A DNA stretch of 64,000 bases, taken from the NCBI GenBank assembly GCA_002269645.1, contig NIVC01000037.1, forward strand, positions 62,001 to 126,000. Direction: 5' to 3'. The stretch is from Macrostomum lignano (lineage: Eukaryota). The position numbers were made by a program, and so were the translations under genes. Below, piece after piece: positions 26,345 through 40,189 of this stretch; the first letter of the stretch is position 1, and every line of letters starts with the position of its first letter. The notes under the pieces are model-generated. The model worked only from the letters and a program-made list of their open reading frames with translations, ran no database searches and was not told where the DNA came from.

Positions 26345-28640
26345 ATCCTTCAGCAGGGGCCTCTCCCCCATCCTTTTGTCTAATCCTTCAGCAGGGGCCT
26401 CTCCCCCCATCCTTCTGTCTAATCCTTCAGCAGGGGCCTCTCCCCCCATCCTTCTGTCTAATCCTTCAGCAGGGGCCTCTCCCCCCATCCTTCTGTCTAA
26501 TCCTTCAGCAGGGGCCTCTCCCCCCATCCTTCTGTCTAATCCTTCAGCGAGGGCCTCTGCCCCCAATCCTTCAGCGAGGGCCTCTGCCCCCCCCCAAATC
26601 CTCCAGCGAGGGCCTCTGCCCCCAATCCTCCAGCGAGGGCCTCTGCCCCCAATCCTCCAGCGAGGGCCTCTGCCCCCAATCCTCCAGCGAGGGCCTCTGC
26701 CCCCAATCCTTCAGCGAGGGCCTCTGCCCCCAATCCTTCAGCGAGGGCCTCTGCCCCAATCCTTCAGCGAGGGCCTCTGCCCCCAAATCCTCCAGCGAGG
26801 GCCTCTGCCCCCAATCCTCCAGCGAGGGCCTCTGCCCCCAATCCTTCAGTGAGGGCCTCTGCCCCCCCAATCCTCCAGCGAGGGCCTCTGCCCCCCCCCC
26901 CAATCCTCCAGCGAGGGCCTCTGCCCTCAATCCTTCAGCGAGGGCCTCTGCCACCCAATCCTCCTGTCTAATCCTTCAGTGAGGGCCTCTGCCCCCCCCA
27001 ATCCTCGAGCGAGGGCCTCTGCCCCCCCCCAATCCTCCAGCGAGGGCCTCTGCCCCCAATCCTTCAGTGAGGGCCTCTGCCCCCCCAATCCTCCAGCGAG
27101 GGCCTCTGCCCCCCCCCCAATCCTCCAGCGGGGGCCTCTGCCACCCAATCCTTCAGCGAGGGCCTCTGCCACCCAATCCTCCTGTCTAATCCTTCAGCGA
27201 GGGCCTCTGCCCCCCCAAATCCTCCAGCGAGGGCCTCTGCCCCCAATCCTCCAGCGAGGGCCTCTGCCCCCAATCCTCCAGCGAGGGCCTCTGCCCCCAA
27301 TCCTTCAGCGAGGGCCTCTGCCCCCAATCCTTCAGCGAGGGCCTCTGCCCCCAAATCCTCCAGCGAGGGCCTCTGCCTCCAATCCTCCAGCGAGGGCCTC
27401 TGCCCCCCCCCCAATCCTTCAGCGAGGGCCTCTGCCCCGCCAATCCTTCAGCGAGGGCCTCTGTCCCAATCCTCCTGTCTAATCCTTCAGCGAGGGCTTC
27501 TGTCCCCCAATCCTCCAGCGAGGGCCTCTGCCCCCAAATCCTCCAGCGAGGGCCTCTGCCCCCAATCCTTCAGCGAGGGCCTCTGCCCCCAAATCCTCCA
27601 GCGAGGGCCTCTGCCCCCAATCCTCCAGTGAGGGCCTCTGCCCCCCCAATCCTTCAGCGAGGGCCTCTGTCCCCCAATCCTCCAGCGAGGGCCTCTGCCC
27701 CCAATCCTCCAGCGAGGGCCTCTGCCCCCAATCCTCCAGCAAGGGCCTCTGCCCCCAATCCTTCAGTGAGGGCCTCTGCCCCCCCCCCAATCCTTCAGCG
27801 AGGGCCTCTGCCCCGCCAATCCTTCAGCGAGGGCCTCTGCCCCAATCCTCTAGCGAGGGCCTCTGCCCCCAATCCTTCAGTGAGGGCCTCTGCCCCCCCA
27901 ATCCTCCAGCGAGGGCCTCTGCCCCCCCCCAATCCTCCAGCGAGGGCCTCTGCCCTCAATCCTTCAGCGAGGGCCTCTGCCACCCAATCCTTCAGCGAGG
28001 GCCTCTGTCCCAATCCTCCTGTCTAATCCTTCAGCGAAGGCCTCTGTCCCCCAATCCTCCTGTCTAATCCTTCAGCGAGGGCCTCTGCCCCCCAATCCTC
28101 CTGTCTAATCCTTCAGCGAGGGCCTCTGTCCCCCAATCCTCCTGTGTAATCCTTCAGCGAGGGCCTCTACCCCCCAATCCTCCTGTCTAATCGTTCAGCG
28201 AGGGCCTCTACCCCCCAATCCTCCTGTCTAATCCTTCAGCGAGGGCCTCTGCCCCCCAATCCTCCTGTCTAATCCTTCAGCGAGGGCCTCTGCCCCCCAA
28301 TCCTCCTGTCTAATCCTTCAGCGAGGGCCTCTGCCCCCCAATCCTCCTGTCTAATCCTTCAGCGAGGGCCTCTGCCCCCCAATCCTCCTGTCTAATCCTT
28401 CAGCGAGGGCCTCTGCCCCCCAATCCTCCTGTCTAATCCTTCAGCGAGGGCCTCTGCCCCCCAATCCTCCTGTCTAATCCTTCAGCGAGGGCCTCTGCCC
28501 CCCAATCCTCCTGTCTAATCCTTCAGCGAGGGCCTCTGCCCCCAATCCTCCTGTCTAATCCTTCAGCGAGGGCCTCTGCCCCCCAATCCTCCTGTCTAAT
28601 CCTTCAGCGAGGGCCTCTGCCCCCACCAATCCTTCGGTCA
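26345..28640. repeat. GC-rich minisatellite, ~27-bp unit (aatcctccagcgagggcctctgccccc) with ~40-bp variants at both ends
   Basis: Direct periodicity. Confidence 0.96.
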
Positions 28641-29807
28641 TCCTTCAGTGAGAGATGTTAATTGCAGAAAGTATAACACTTAAATTAAATGGCATTTAGC
28701 TTGGTAAAATCAGGGTGCCAAATGTGACGTCCCAATTCAGGATAAAGTTCATGCGTCATGATCCACACGATATGACATAAAAAACCAGTATTGGCATGCA
28801 TCCCAGGCAGATGAGCAGTTCAAATAGAAACAGACAGCTTAAGAATTCCAGATCATCAGCATTTTTTTATTTCTACGCATTTCTACCGGCCGCAGCTACA
28901 TAAAATTTGAGCACAGGCAAGATTAAAAAAGCTCGCATATTATAAGCAGCTATTAGAACTCGTGTTTTATCCTCCATTTTCTGACAAAAATTTCAAAACA
29001 AAAAATGACGCGTGCCGAAAGTTAATGAATTTTATAGATGGTAGGGATTAGTTAAATTGGGATTATGCCTTGTGGGAATAAATTGTATATATAACTGTAG
29101 ATAAGCACAGACTAGTCTAGTAAACTATATAATATTATAAAGCTATAAGGAGCGGGTGAGGACAACTAGGATAGGGGAATCAAGTTAAGGATGCGGCACA
29201 GTACAAAGCGTATATATTGATAGAATATAGTTACTTTCTGCCAGGCCAGGAAATGAGGAAAACGGCAACGGCTTGGGGGGAGTAAGGAGGGTAAGGGGAA
29301 GAAAGAGATAGCAAGGATAACGCGGAGACCTCTGTAGGATAGAAGTGGACCAGAATCAAGTATAAGATTGTTAATTTATTTTTTATAAAACCAGATCTCT
29401 CTGTCTAAGCTTCAACAGAATTAGTTTTCACTTCTAAACATACGAGTAGATGGTGTTGTCATCTAGATGTAATCAATTTTGTGTAAATGCGCTTCCGATC
29501 CAATAGTATTCAGAGGTACTTGAAAAAGAGGCAATGGGATTTCTGAACTTCCCGGCTAGAAAAAACGCGATACTTTTATAACCTTCATACAGACAGTACG
29601 CGCTGACATCACAGATATCCAAGTGCATTTTTGTCAGCTGGTCTGTCCACCCCTCACATGCACATACATTTAGCTCCCCATCTGCACTCTCCATACACGG
29701 AATCACCCAAATAGTCAGGCTCGCCCCCACACAAAATTTCTGCTCCTATGCGGCCTTCTGAAACTCTTTCAAGCCCAATTTATTTTAGCTATCGTTTCAA
29801 CAATCAG

Positions 29808-31022
29808 AGCTGGTCATGCAGGGCTCAGTGAGAATGACTCTCAGCTGGTCATGCAGGGCTCAGTAATAATGACTCTCAGCTGGTCATGCAGGGCTCAGTA
29901 ATAATGACTCTCAACTGGTCATGCAGGGCTCAGTGAGAATGACTCTCAGCTGGTCATGCAAGGCTCAGTGAGAATGACTCTCAGCTGGTCATGCAGGGCT
30001 CAGTGAGAATGACTCTCAGCTGGTCATGCAAGGCTCAGTGAGAATGACTCTCAGCTGGTCATGCAAGGCTCAGTGAGAATGACTCATCTGGTCATGCAGG
30101 GGGCTCAGTGAGAATGACTCATCTGGACATGCAGGGCTCAGTGAGAATGACTCATCTGGTCATGCAGGGCTCAGTGAGAATGACTCATCTGGTCATGCAG
30201 GGCTCAGTGAGAATGACTCAGCTGGTCATGCAGGGCTCAGTGAGAATGACTCATCTGGTCATGCAGGGCTCAGTGAGAATGACTCTCAGCTGGTCATGCA
30301 AGGCTCAGTGAGAATGACTCTCAGCTGGTCATGCAGGGCTCAGTGAGAATGACTCTCAGCTGGTCATGCAGGGCTCAGTGAGAATGACTCTCAGCTGGTC
30401 ATGCAGGGCTCAGTGAGAATGACTCTCAGCTGGTCATGCAGGGCTCAGTGAGAATGACTCTCAGCTGGTCATGCAGGGCTCAGTGAGAATGACTCATCTG
30501 GTCATGCAGGGCTCAGTGAGAATGACTCATCTGGTCATGCAGGGCTCAGTGAGAATGACTCTCAGCTGGTCATGCAGGGCTCAGTGAGAATGACTCTCAT
30601 CTGGTCATGCAGGGCTCAGTGAGAATGACTCTCATCTGGTCATGCAGGGCTCAGTGAGAATGACTCATCTGGACATGCAGGGCTCAGTGAGAATGACTCT
30701 CAGCTGGTCATGCAGGGCTCAGTGAGAATGACTCATCTGGTCATGCAGGGCTCAGTGAGAATGACTCATCTGGTCATGCAGGGCTCAGTGAGAATGACTC
30801 ATCTGGTCATGCAGGGCTCAGTGAGAATGACTCTCAGCTGGTCATGCAGGGCTCAGTGAGAATGGCTCAGCTGGTCATGCAGGGCTCAGTGAGAATGACT
30901 CATCTGATCATGCAGGGCTCAGTGAGAATGACTCTCAGCTAGTCATGCAGGGCTCAGTGAGAATGAATCATTTGGTCATGCAGGGCTCAGTGAGAATGAC
31001 TCTCAGCTGGTCATGCAGGGCC
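29808..31022. repeat. 33-35-bp minisatellite (tcagctggtcatgcagggctcagtgagaatgactc)n
   Basis: Direct periodicity. Confidence 0.96.
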
Positions 31023-31747
31023 AGTGAGAAGCTACAATATCTGTCATTAAAGATTCACAAGCCACCAAAGCCGACATGAAGCCGGCATGCATACATTGCC
31101 CAACAGCTAAGTGGTACAAATTAGAAAGAGAATCACTAATAGTAAATATCGCCATTTCATATCGAGCCTCCAACAAGAGAACCGCAGGGTTAGTTGTGAA
31201 ATATGCGCACTGAATACTCGTGAAATTTTCGTCTCGCAATATGCTTTAAATTGGCTCTACTTAAAGAGCTGCGCCCAGAGCATTTGCAGAAAATCTGTCT
31301 GCTTTTAAAACCGCCAGAAGACGGATGGCAGAATTTCACGATAAACGTGCCATATCCGTTTTCGTTGGAAAGCTGCTTATTTTCCTATAGGTTAAAGTGG
31401 CACTGTCTATGGCAATCATCACAGATCAAGAATTATAAGACCAGGACCAAGTGTACATCTGTGTGTATTAGAAACAAATTATTAGTATATGAAGTAGCTA
31501 ACAAATTTGTATCGTATACGTAGTATAGTATAACACGAACGTAGATCATGCTTTCTGTATTGATAACAGAATGCTTTCTGTATTGTTTTTAGGAAGTAGT
31601 CTTGACTATTAATAAATAGAACGAGCTGTGTATAATTGAATAGGTGAAGAAAAAGGGAATTCAGATCATGAATAAATAGAAGTGCGCATTGGGCCGCCAA
31701 ATCTTCATAGTTTTTTTCAACACAAAAGCCGCTCATCCTAACCATGG

Positions 31748-32780
31748 TCAGTTAGGATGAACCATGTGCCAGCTAGCAAAGCAAGCACCCAAGCACAATG
31801 CAGGAACTCCTCGAAAAGCGACGCAAACAGTCACTGTTAACAGGACATGTTCTTTTCACCACGCCATGCTGGTAGCACATTCAGCAGCGCTTGCGTGGGC
31901 GGCTTTGAGCTTCTTGTATTGGCGCCTTAGTCGGCAAATGAGCGCTCGCACCTGCTGCCGCTCCGGCACCCGCACCTGCTGCCGCTCCGGCACCCGCACC
32001 TGCTGCCGCTCCGGCAACCGCACCTGCTGCCGCTCCGGCAACCGCACCTGCTCCCGCTCCGGCACCCGCACCTGCTGCCGCTCCGGCACCCGCACCTGCT
32101 GCCGCTCCGGCACTCGCACCTGCTGCCGCTTCGGCGTCCAAAACAACTCTACGATGCCGGCTCCGCCTAGCATCACCGCTATCCTCAACCAATATCTTAA
32201 TAGCCTGCCTCAAGAACTGCAGAAAAGTTTTGCTGCCACCTGCCTGTTGGCAGACAATCCAAGCATTGCAAACGAGCAGCATGATCAGGTGAAATTCGAG
32301 TTTGTGGAACCACTGTATGCTTTTTCGATTGGCCAAGTACGGGTGTAGAGCGGAATCAATGTTGACGCCACCCATGCTGTTAGAGTACGAGAGCACGCTA
32401 GTCGGTTTGGGGACGATCCGCCTAGATTCGGCAGATCCGGCGGTGTCCAATACGAAAACAGTCTTGATGCCACTCTGCTCCCTGTCAACAAACTTGCAGG
32501 CAAGCACATTTCCAGAGCGTGCAAAGGCGGAAGAAGTTGGCTGCAGATTTACAGCCTGCAGCAGGTTTGGGATGCCGCGGTTTTTGCGCACTGCGCCAGT
32601 GAGAAGAACATCCCGTTGCAGCAACCCACGTAGCAAGTCTGTTTCGGTTAAGCGGCTTTACTACATACGGGTATACTCGTGGAGCTAGCTGCCGTCTGGA
32701 ACGGGGGACACCATGCACTGAGCACGAAACCGCGCCAGCCAGCCGTCGGCAAAGGGTGTGACGCATTTTTTGGTACGCCG
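31748..32780 (-). pseudogene. Decayed piggyBac (PGBD4-like) transposase, C-terminal half
   Basis: TGAVRKNRGIP; KPTSVLSYSNSMGGVN; RKSIQWFHKLEFHL...NAWIV; Cys-rich C-terminus RKRC*MC...C...PALCLGACFASWH with stops and frameshifts; in-frame 24-bp repeat expansion at about 31947-32135. No TIR found. Confidence 0.8.
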
Positions 32781-32877
32781 CGTAGAGGTTTTAAAGCCAA
32801 AAATTTCTAGACTCGTAAATGTGGTTTATATGCCACGAGAATACTCTGCTTTTAAAATGGCCACCACACGTCTAGGG

Positions 32878-35438
32878 CTGCTCAGTGCTCATGCTGGCCC
32901 GCTTCTCACACAGTCCCTCAGTGCTCATGCTGTCCCCCTCCTTCTCACACAGTCCCTCAGTGCTCATGCTGTCCCCCTCCTTCTCACACAGTCCCTCAGT
33001 GCTCATGCTGCCCCCTCCTTCTCACACAGTCCCTCAGTGCTCATGCTGTCCCCCTCCTTCTCACACAGTCCCTCAGTGCTCATGCTGCCCCCTCCTTCTC
33101 ACACAGTCCCTCAGTGCTCATGCTGCCCCCTCCTTCTCACACAGTCCCTCAGTGCTCATGCTGCCCCCTCCTTCTCACACAGTCCCTCAGTGCTCATGCT
33201 GTCCCCCTCCTTCTCACACAGTCCCTCAGTGCTCATGCTGCCCCCCTCCTTCTCACACAGTCCCTCAGTGCTCATGCTGTCCCCTCCTTCTCACACAGTC
33301 CCTCAGTGCTCATGCTGTCTCCCTTTCTCACACAGTCCCTCAGTGCTCATGCTGTCCCCCTTTCTCACACAGTCCCTCAGTGCTCATGCTGTCCCCCTTT
33401 CTCACACAGTCCCTCAGTGCTCATGCTGTCCCCCTTTCTCACACAGTCCCTCAGTGCTCATGCTGTCCCCTCCTTCTCACACAGTCCCTCAGTGCTCATG
33501 CTGTCCCCCTTTCTCACACAGTCCCTCAGTGCTCATGCTGTCCCCCTTTCTCACACAGTCCCTCAGTGCTCATGCTGTCCCCCTTTCTCACACAGTCCCT
33601 CAGTGCTCATGCTGTCCCCCTTTCTCACACAGTCCCTCAGTGCTCATGCTGTCCCCTCCTTCTCACACAGTCCCTCAGTGCTCATGCTGTCCCCTCCTTC
33701 TCACACAGTCCCTCAGTGCTCATGCTGTCCCCCTTTCTCACACAGTCCCTCAGTGCTCATGCTGTCCCCCTTTCTCACACAGTCCCTCAGTGCTCATGCT
33801 GTCCGGCCTGTCCCCTCCTTCTCACACAGTCCCTCAGTGCTCATGCTGTCCCCTCCTTCTCACACAGTCCCTCAGTGCTCATGCTGTCCCCTCCTTCTCA
33901 CACAGTCCCTCAGTGCTCATGCTGTCCCCCTTTCTCACACAGTCCCTCAGTGCTCATGCTGTCCCCCTTTCTCACACAGTCCCTCAGTGCTCATGCTGTC
34001 CCCCTTTCTCACACAGTCCCTCAGTGCTCATGCTGTCCCCTCCTTCTCACACAGTCCCTCAGTGCTCATGCTGTCCCCTCCTTCTCACACAGTCCCTCAG
34101 TGCTCATGCTGTCCCCCTTTCTCACACAGTCCCTCAGTGCTCATGCTGCCCCCCTCCTTCTCACACAGTCCCTCAGTGCTCATGCTGTCCCCCTTTCTCA
34201 CACAGTCCCTCAGTGCTCATGCTGTCCCCCTTTCTCACACAGTCCCTCAGTGCTCATGCTGTCCCCTCCTTCTCACACAGTCCCTCAGTGCTCATGCTGT
34301 CCCCCTTTCTCACACAGTCCCTCAGTGCTCATGCTGTCCCCCTTTCTCACACAGTCCCTCAGTGCTCATGCTGTCCCCTCCTTCTCACACAGTCCCTCAG
34401 TGCTCATGCTGTCCCCCTCCTTCTCACACAGTCCCTCAGTGCTCATGCTGTCCCCTCCTTCTCACACAGTCCCTCAGTGCTCATGCTGTCCCCTCCTTCT
34501 CACACAGTCCCTCAGTGCTCATGCTGTCCCCCTTTCTCACACAGTCCCTCAGTGCTCATGCTGCCCCCCTCCTTCTCACACAGTCCCTCAGTGCTCATGC
34601 TGTCCCCCTTTCTCACACAGTCCCTCAGTGCTCATGCTGTCCCCCTTTCTCACACAGTCCCTCAGTGCTCATGCTGTCCGGCCTGTCCCCTCCTTCTCAC
34701 ACAGTCCCTCAGTGCTCATGCTGTCCCCTCCTTCTCACACAGTCCCTCAGTGCTCATGCTGTCCCCCTTTCTCACACAGTCCCTCAGTGCTCATGCTGCC
34801 CCCCTCCTTCTCACACAGTCCCTCAGTGCTCATGCTGTCCCCCTTTCTCACACAGTCCCTCAGTGCTCATGCTGTCCCCCTTTCTCACACAGTCCCTCAG
34901 TGCTCATGCTGTCCCCTCCTTCTCACACAGTCCCTCAGTGCTCATGCTGTCCCCCTTTCTCACACAGTCCCTCAGTGCTCATGCTGTCCCCCTTTCTCAC
35001 ACAGTCCCTCAGTGCTCATGCTGTCCCCCTTTCTCACACAGTCCCTCAGTGCTCATGCTGTCCCCCTCCTTCTCACACAGTCCCTCAGTGCTCATGCTGT
35101 CCCCTCCTTCTCACACAGTCCCTCAGTGCTCATGCTGTCCCCCTTTCTCACACAGTCCCTCAGTGCTCATGCTGTCCCCCTCCTTCTCACACAGTCCCTC
35201 AGTGCTCATGCTGTCCCCTCCTTCTCACACAGTCCCTCAGTGCTCATGCTGTCCCCCTTTCTCACACAGTCCCTCAGTGCTCATGCTGTCCCCCTTTCTC
35301 ACACAGTCCCTCAGTGCTCATGCTGTCCCCCTTTCTCACACAGTCCCTCAGTGCTCATGCTGTCCCCCTCCTTCTCACACAGTCCCTCAGTGCTCATGCT
35401 GTCCCCTCCTTCTCACACAGTCCCTCAGGCTCATGCTG
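32878..35438. repeat. 38-39-bp minisatellite (ttctcacacagtccctcagtgctcatgctgtcccctcc)n, about 65 copies
   Basis: Direct periodicity; source of the 790-890 aa spurious ORFs. Confidence 0.97.
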
Positions 35439-36455
35439 CTGACTTCCGTATGCCTCACTTCTGATTCAAATTGGCATAAATGGAACAGCTAAAAATGGAG
35501 AAAAAACAGGCACAAATCTGAGAAGCCATTCTCAATTGGTTAACAACAGGCGACAGCGGCCCAGTGCTTTGCAGCAATATCAATATTATTGGCATTAGCA
35601 TTATGTATTATTATAATTGTACATGCAGACGCGCACCTCAAGCACCAAAATCAAGTTTACGGCAGACTTGCCTGCCGTAACTTAAATATTATATATATAT
35701 ATATAACAAAGGAGGATACACAGGGAAGTGCGCAGGATTATGCGACTAAGCTAAATATAAATACATGGATACATATTTGTAATATGCTGAAGCCTACGTA
35801 TTTGTACAATACGCGCTACCGCTACTAGAAGTACAATGGTTAGTAGAATAGCTTCGAAACTTATAGTATGAACTACTAAGTGAAACAAGCCAGAAATGCT
35901 GCACACAAATACACTACTAGCACTACTGAATTTAGTAGCAGATAAGTAAGTATACGTCAGAAAAATAACAAATTCGACAACCTCAACAAAATAAACGGTC
36001 CGTTTGCCACACTTCAAAACAGGCGGAAAGAGAGAGAAGTGAAATGAAAATAAAATAAGATTAAACGCTTCAGTTTGTAAATCGCTACTGTTAGTAGCTT
36101 GAATGAATGCATTGCAAAAATAATACAAAAAATTCTACTGCTAGAAAAGAAGCTGTGCCACTACTTACGTAGCTTACTAGCAGTAGAAATGTAAGCAAAT
36201 GCAAACTGAAATTTTGTGTCCATCGAGAATAAATTAGTGCGCACAAATACCAACTGTTTATTAGTTTGAAAGTAAAATAGAAGCATTTAACTGACAGCTG
36301 TTCAAAAATGACACCGAGCGATCAAAAATAAAAAGCAAATACTAAAATTTTATTATTGAAAATTGTTTAGCACCAAACAGCTTATCGTAACGAGTTGATT
36401 TATTAGTATAGGTACAGTTAGTAAGCAATAAACAGCAGCCTTACAACCTTTGCTT

Positions 36456-36632
36456 CACTGACAGGGTGATCAAATTTAACCTACGTGTCAATCACTGACA
36501 GAATGACAGCCAATCAAATTTAACCTACGTGTCAATCACTGACAGAATGACAGCCAATCAAATTTAACCTACCTGTCAATCACTGACAGAGTGACAGCCA
36601 ATCAAATTAACCTACCTGTCAATCACTGACAG
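36456..36632. repeat. 44-bp tandem repeat, 4 copies
   Basis: atcaaatttaacctac(g/c)tgtcaatcactgacagaatgacagcca repeated. Confidence 0.9.
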
Positions 36633-36732
36633 GATGAAAATCAATAAATCATTACTAAATCGCATGCTCGCAAAAGAGTTGAAAAATAAAAATAGCCGAT
36701 AATCAATCATTAAGGTGAACCAGTCAATCTGT

Positions 36733-39700
36733 TCAGTCGCTCAGAGTCAGGGTTCCCAGCTGAGCCAGGACGACCGTCTTCACAGCGGAGCAGTCGGGAG
36801 CGATGCAGTACTCCGGACTGTCCAGCTGCTGCACCCGGAACTTGCTGATGGAGTCCAGCAGCCAGTCTCTGTTCAGCACTACGATGTCACCAGAGGCCGC
36901 GATGGCCTGGCAGCGGGCCTCGCTGAACTTCGCGTCGTCCTGGTCGGCCACGGCAACGCTCAGACGCCCGGCGGCCTGTCGGCGAGGCAGCGACTCCGGG
37001 CTGGCGGCGAACTGGCCGCCGCACTGCTGCACCAGAGTCTGCAGGGCGAAGCTCGGCATGTTGACGAAGTCGCCGACAGGAGCGATGCAGAACTGCTCCA
37101 GCAGCCGGGACGGACCGGGGCAGCGGTCGCGGCCGCTGCGGCTCCTGGCCGGGCCCAGGTGGTTCACGCCGCACGACAGGTCGCCCTGGATCTCGAAGTC
37201 CGACTCCGGCAGCAGCGAGCCGGCGGCCAGCGACTCCGACACCCAGTCGAAGCTCAGCAGCCACGCGCCGGACACGAGCGCCTGCGGGAAAGCGGGAAAG
37301 CGGCAGAGCTTTGCTCGCACTGTCTACGAGTATCAAGAGCCCTGAATTCATGGCGATGGCTGTTGAATTGAAATCGGTACCCAGGCCAAGAAGGGTCCGA
37401 GTCACTCGCGTCGCCCCAGAGTCGTTCCGGGTAACACAGGTAAAATAGGAAAGAAGTGAGACGTCCACGAGACGTCAGGGCACCACAGGTCGCCAAAAAG
37501 TCGTTAACCCATAGTCGTTTCAGAGTCGCAGACAATAAAGCGCTCAAAATTGACTCTTTGACTTTTGTAACTCAGGTGTTGCACTTTTGCAACACAGTCG
37601 CCTCTCGTGTTGCAGTCGTTTGAGTAGTTTACGAGCTATATACAGATTTTTTGTTGAATTCCTTCAAGAAATTGGACCCTGTGCTAAACGTCCTTTTAGC
37701 TTATACTGCTCGCGTTTCTTAGTTGCGCCCGCCGCCCAGTTAATTAGCTTACCTGAAAATACTTGAGCGTTCTCTCGCTGACCCTAGCAACCGAGCTCTC
37801 CCTGATGACCACGTGAGTGGTGTGACAGTTCGGGTCGAACTGGAAGCGGGTCTGATAGGCGCACCGATCGGAGTGCAGTTCGCACAGGCGTCTCAGCTCG
37901 GCCACCTGGCCGGGGTCCAGGCCGCTGCTGGTCACGTGGGCTGTCTGCGACATCGGCTGCTGGGGCCCCGACGCCTCCTTTAACTTGTCCGATGCTGACG
38001 CCATCGGTGGCAGCATCCGGCCTGTGAGCACGCGGAACGAGTCGCTGGCGAATTCCGGCATGCCGGCCAGCACGGCGTCGATGTTGTCGGGCGAGGCCTC
38101 CGCCGGCTCGTCCTCCTGCTTGCATCGACGCGTTGGCTGCCTGCGACGCTTCAAAGCCGTCGCCTGCTGCTGCTGTGGCGGCTGCTTCTGCGGTCGACGC
38201 GACAGACGAAAAATGGCTGTGCTGCGACGCGGCTGCCGCGCGGTGAGCACCACGGGGCCGGCGTCGGCCACGGGATCGGCGTTATCAACGGTAGACGTTG
38301 TCTGCATGTGCCGGCTCAGCCGGGCGAACGGCCGCTTTAATCGCTTCATTGTGGCCTTCCAGCCGCCTCGGATTGGCGCGCATCCAACTGCCGAAGTTGA
38401 GGTCGACGCAGGATCGGCTTGGCCGTTGTCGGCCTCTTCAGCGAATAGATCCAGCTCCTCCTCGTCATCGTTGTTTTCGTCGTCCGTGACGTCGATATCG
38501 AGATCGACATTGGAATTTTGCGCTACTGGCGGCTCTTCCAAAACTAAGCGACGCTTCCGGCCGCTGCCGCTGTTGACATTGCTGGCCGAGGCGGCGGAAG
38601 CAGCAAATTTAACCACCTTCTCAGGCTTGGCTCTTGGTTCAGCCTCTTCTTCTTTATCTGCAGCCTTTGAATTTGCCGCATCAGCCGGTGCCAAGTTGTC
38701 TTGCTGAGCTCTAAGAAATATTCGCGTTTAAAGAATATCAACGATTAGCAATACCCAAAGGGGGGCAACCGTGCTAGTCCTATATACTAAAAAATTAGCA
38801 CTGCCAGAGGCACCCAAAATAGGCAATATGCTAGTCTTCTTATATACGCATACTCGTATTAATTTTCGACACTGAAAAGTGGCACGTACCCCTGTTGAGC
38901 GGGAGCACTGTGCCGCCTGTTGTTCTCGGCGGCTTGTTGCTTGTCGTTCGCTTCAGCGGATTTGCAGCCGCTCTCTTCAATCACAAGAACAAATCGTTCA
39001 ACCTCGTCCATCTCGCGCAGAAATTTGGCCATCTTCAGTTCGCCTTCATCTTTATTTGAGTTGGCTCCAACCGGGTGGCTGCGCCTGGCTGACGGTTTGG
39101 CCCGCTTTGGCGGTGTCGGAGGCTCAGTAGGTACCGCCGCGTCAGCGGAGTGGCGAGACGCCCTGGCCAGAGTCTTATTGAATGGCTGCAGAGGCGGCCT
39201 AGCACCATCTGACGTGGAGACTACTGCTGTTGATAGGTTTTCAGCATCGCCTATATTCGGATGGCGGGAACCAGTGGCAGATATTGTTGCTTTTGCTGCT
39301 GCTGTGGTTGCTTTAGTTTGTTTAGCCTCGACGGCGCCCATGTTGTCAACTGGTTCAGCTGTCAGCCTGCGCGAGATGGCTGAAATGAGACGCGAGGAAA
39401 TAGTCAAGTAATAATAGCGAAGTACAAACTGTAGGACTTCCTAAATACTTGTACATGTAGCCATTGTTATTGGGTTTTTACTGTACCGATTTCTGCAGTT
39501 ATCACACTTCTGATAGATGTAAATGAAAATACAGGATTTTAGCCTAACATGATGGGTGTTTACAATTGTGAATAAAACTACTCTATAAACTGTCTTATCC
39601 TTAACAATCACAGCGTGTTAAGTATTGTCACACAACCATCTAGAGGCATTACTGCCAACTTCGCCGACTCCCCTGAGCAGGCACAGGCACACAAGCGCGC

Positions 39701-40189
39701 GGATAAGTACGGATCCTCAGGCATGTACACTTCAATGTGCCTTTGGGGGTTGCCCCTCAAAGGGCGTTAATTGCACGAGCAGAGTCAAGCCGAGATTTCA
39801 ATTTAAACTCCAAATTAATGTGACTGCACTTGGAATCGAGCCTGGGCCGCTGGCACATGAGCGCCGCGCTAGGTTGCTGGGCTACGGCCCCCTTATTAAA
39901 CAAGTAATAATATACACTTCTTCTTGGTACCTCTGGATTTCTTGTCTCAGTGGGAAGAACTTCGAATTTGGTTGACGCTTTCTCTATTAAAAACAAATAA
40001 TGGCCCAAGTGTTTTACGAATTCACATTTTAAAATCTTTCCTAGTGAACCTCATTAAGCACAGTGGACTGAGTTAATAAGCACGTGCAATATTTCAATCA
40101 AACTTACTATTATCGTAACAGTCGATAACGTCCTCAATTAGGGACACAATTTTGCTGATCTTCTCGCATTGATGATGAGTGCTGCTCAT
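36733..40189 (-). CDS. BRCA1: BRCA1-like gene, copy A; exons 40189-40108, 39379-38890, 38710-37753, 37281-36733 (about 692 aa); no RING found
   Basis: Tandem BRCT matches BRCA1 (SSGLDP, THVVI, ERTLKYFQ|ALVSGAWLLSFDWV, DFEIQGD, NHLGPARSR, FVNMP, DWLLDSI). Coiled coil MAKFLREMDEVERFV. N-terminal helix ISKIVSLIEDVIDCY. GT-AG introns with compatible phases 1/2/0; total 2079 nt, in frame. Confidence 0.78.
39660..39892 (-). mobile_element. tRNA-derived SINE-family copy with a recognisable Pol III head, in intron 1 of BRCA1-like A
   Basis: Minus strand GGGGCCGTAGCCCAGCAA (A-box-like) ... GGCTCGATTCC (B-box-like), followed by the shared core agtgtacatgcctga. Confidence 0.65.

Noticed and set aside
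29473-29730. IASFSSTSEYYWIG, reminiscent of a C-type lectin
   Set aside because: Too short, ends in a stop, and has no supporting Cys pattern or flanking exons.
32758-35492. 790-890 aa ORFs in all three + frames
   Set aside because: Artefact of the 38-39-bp minisatellite.
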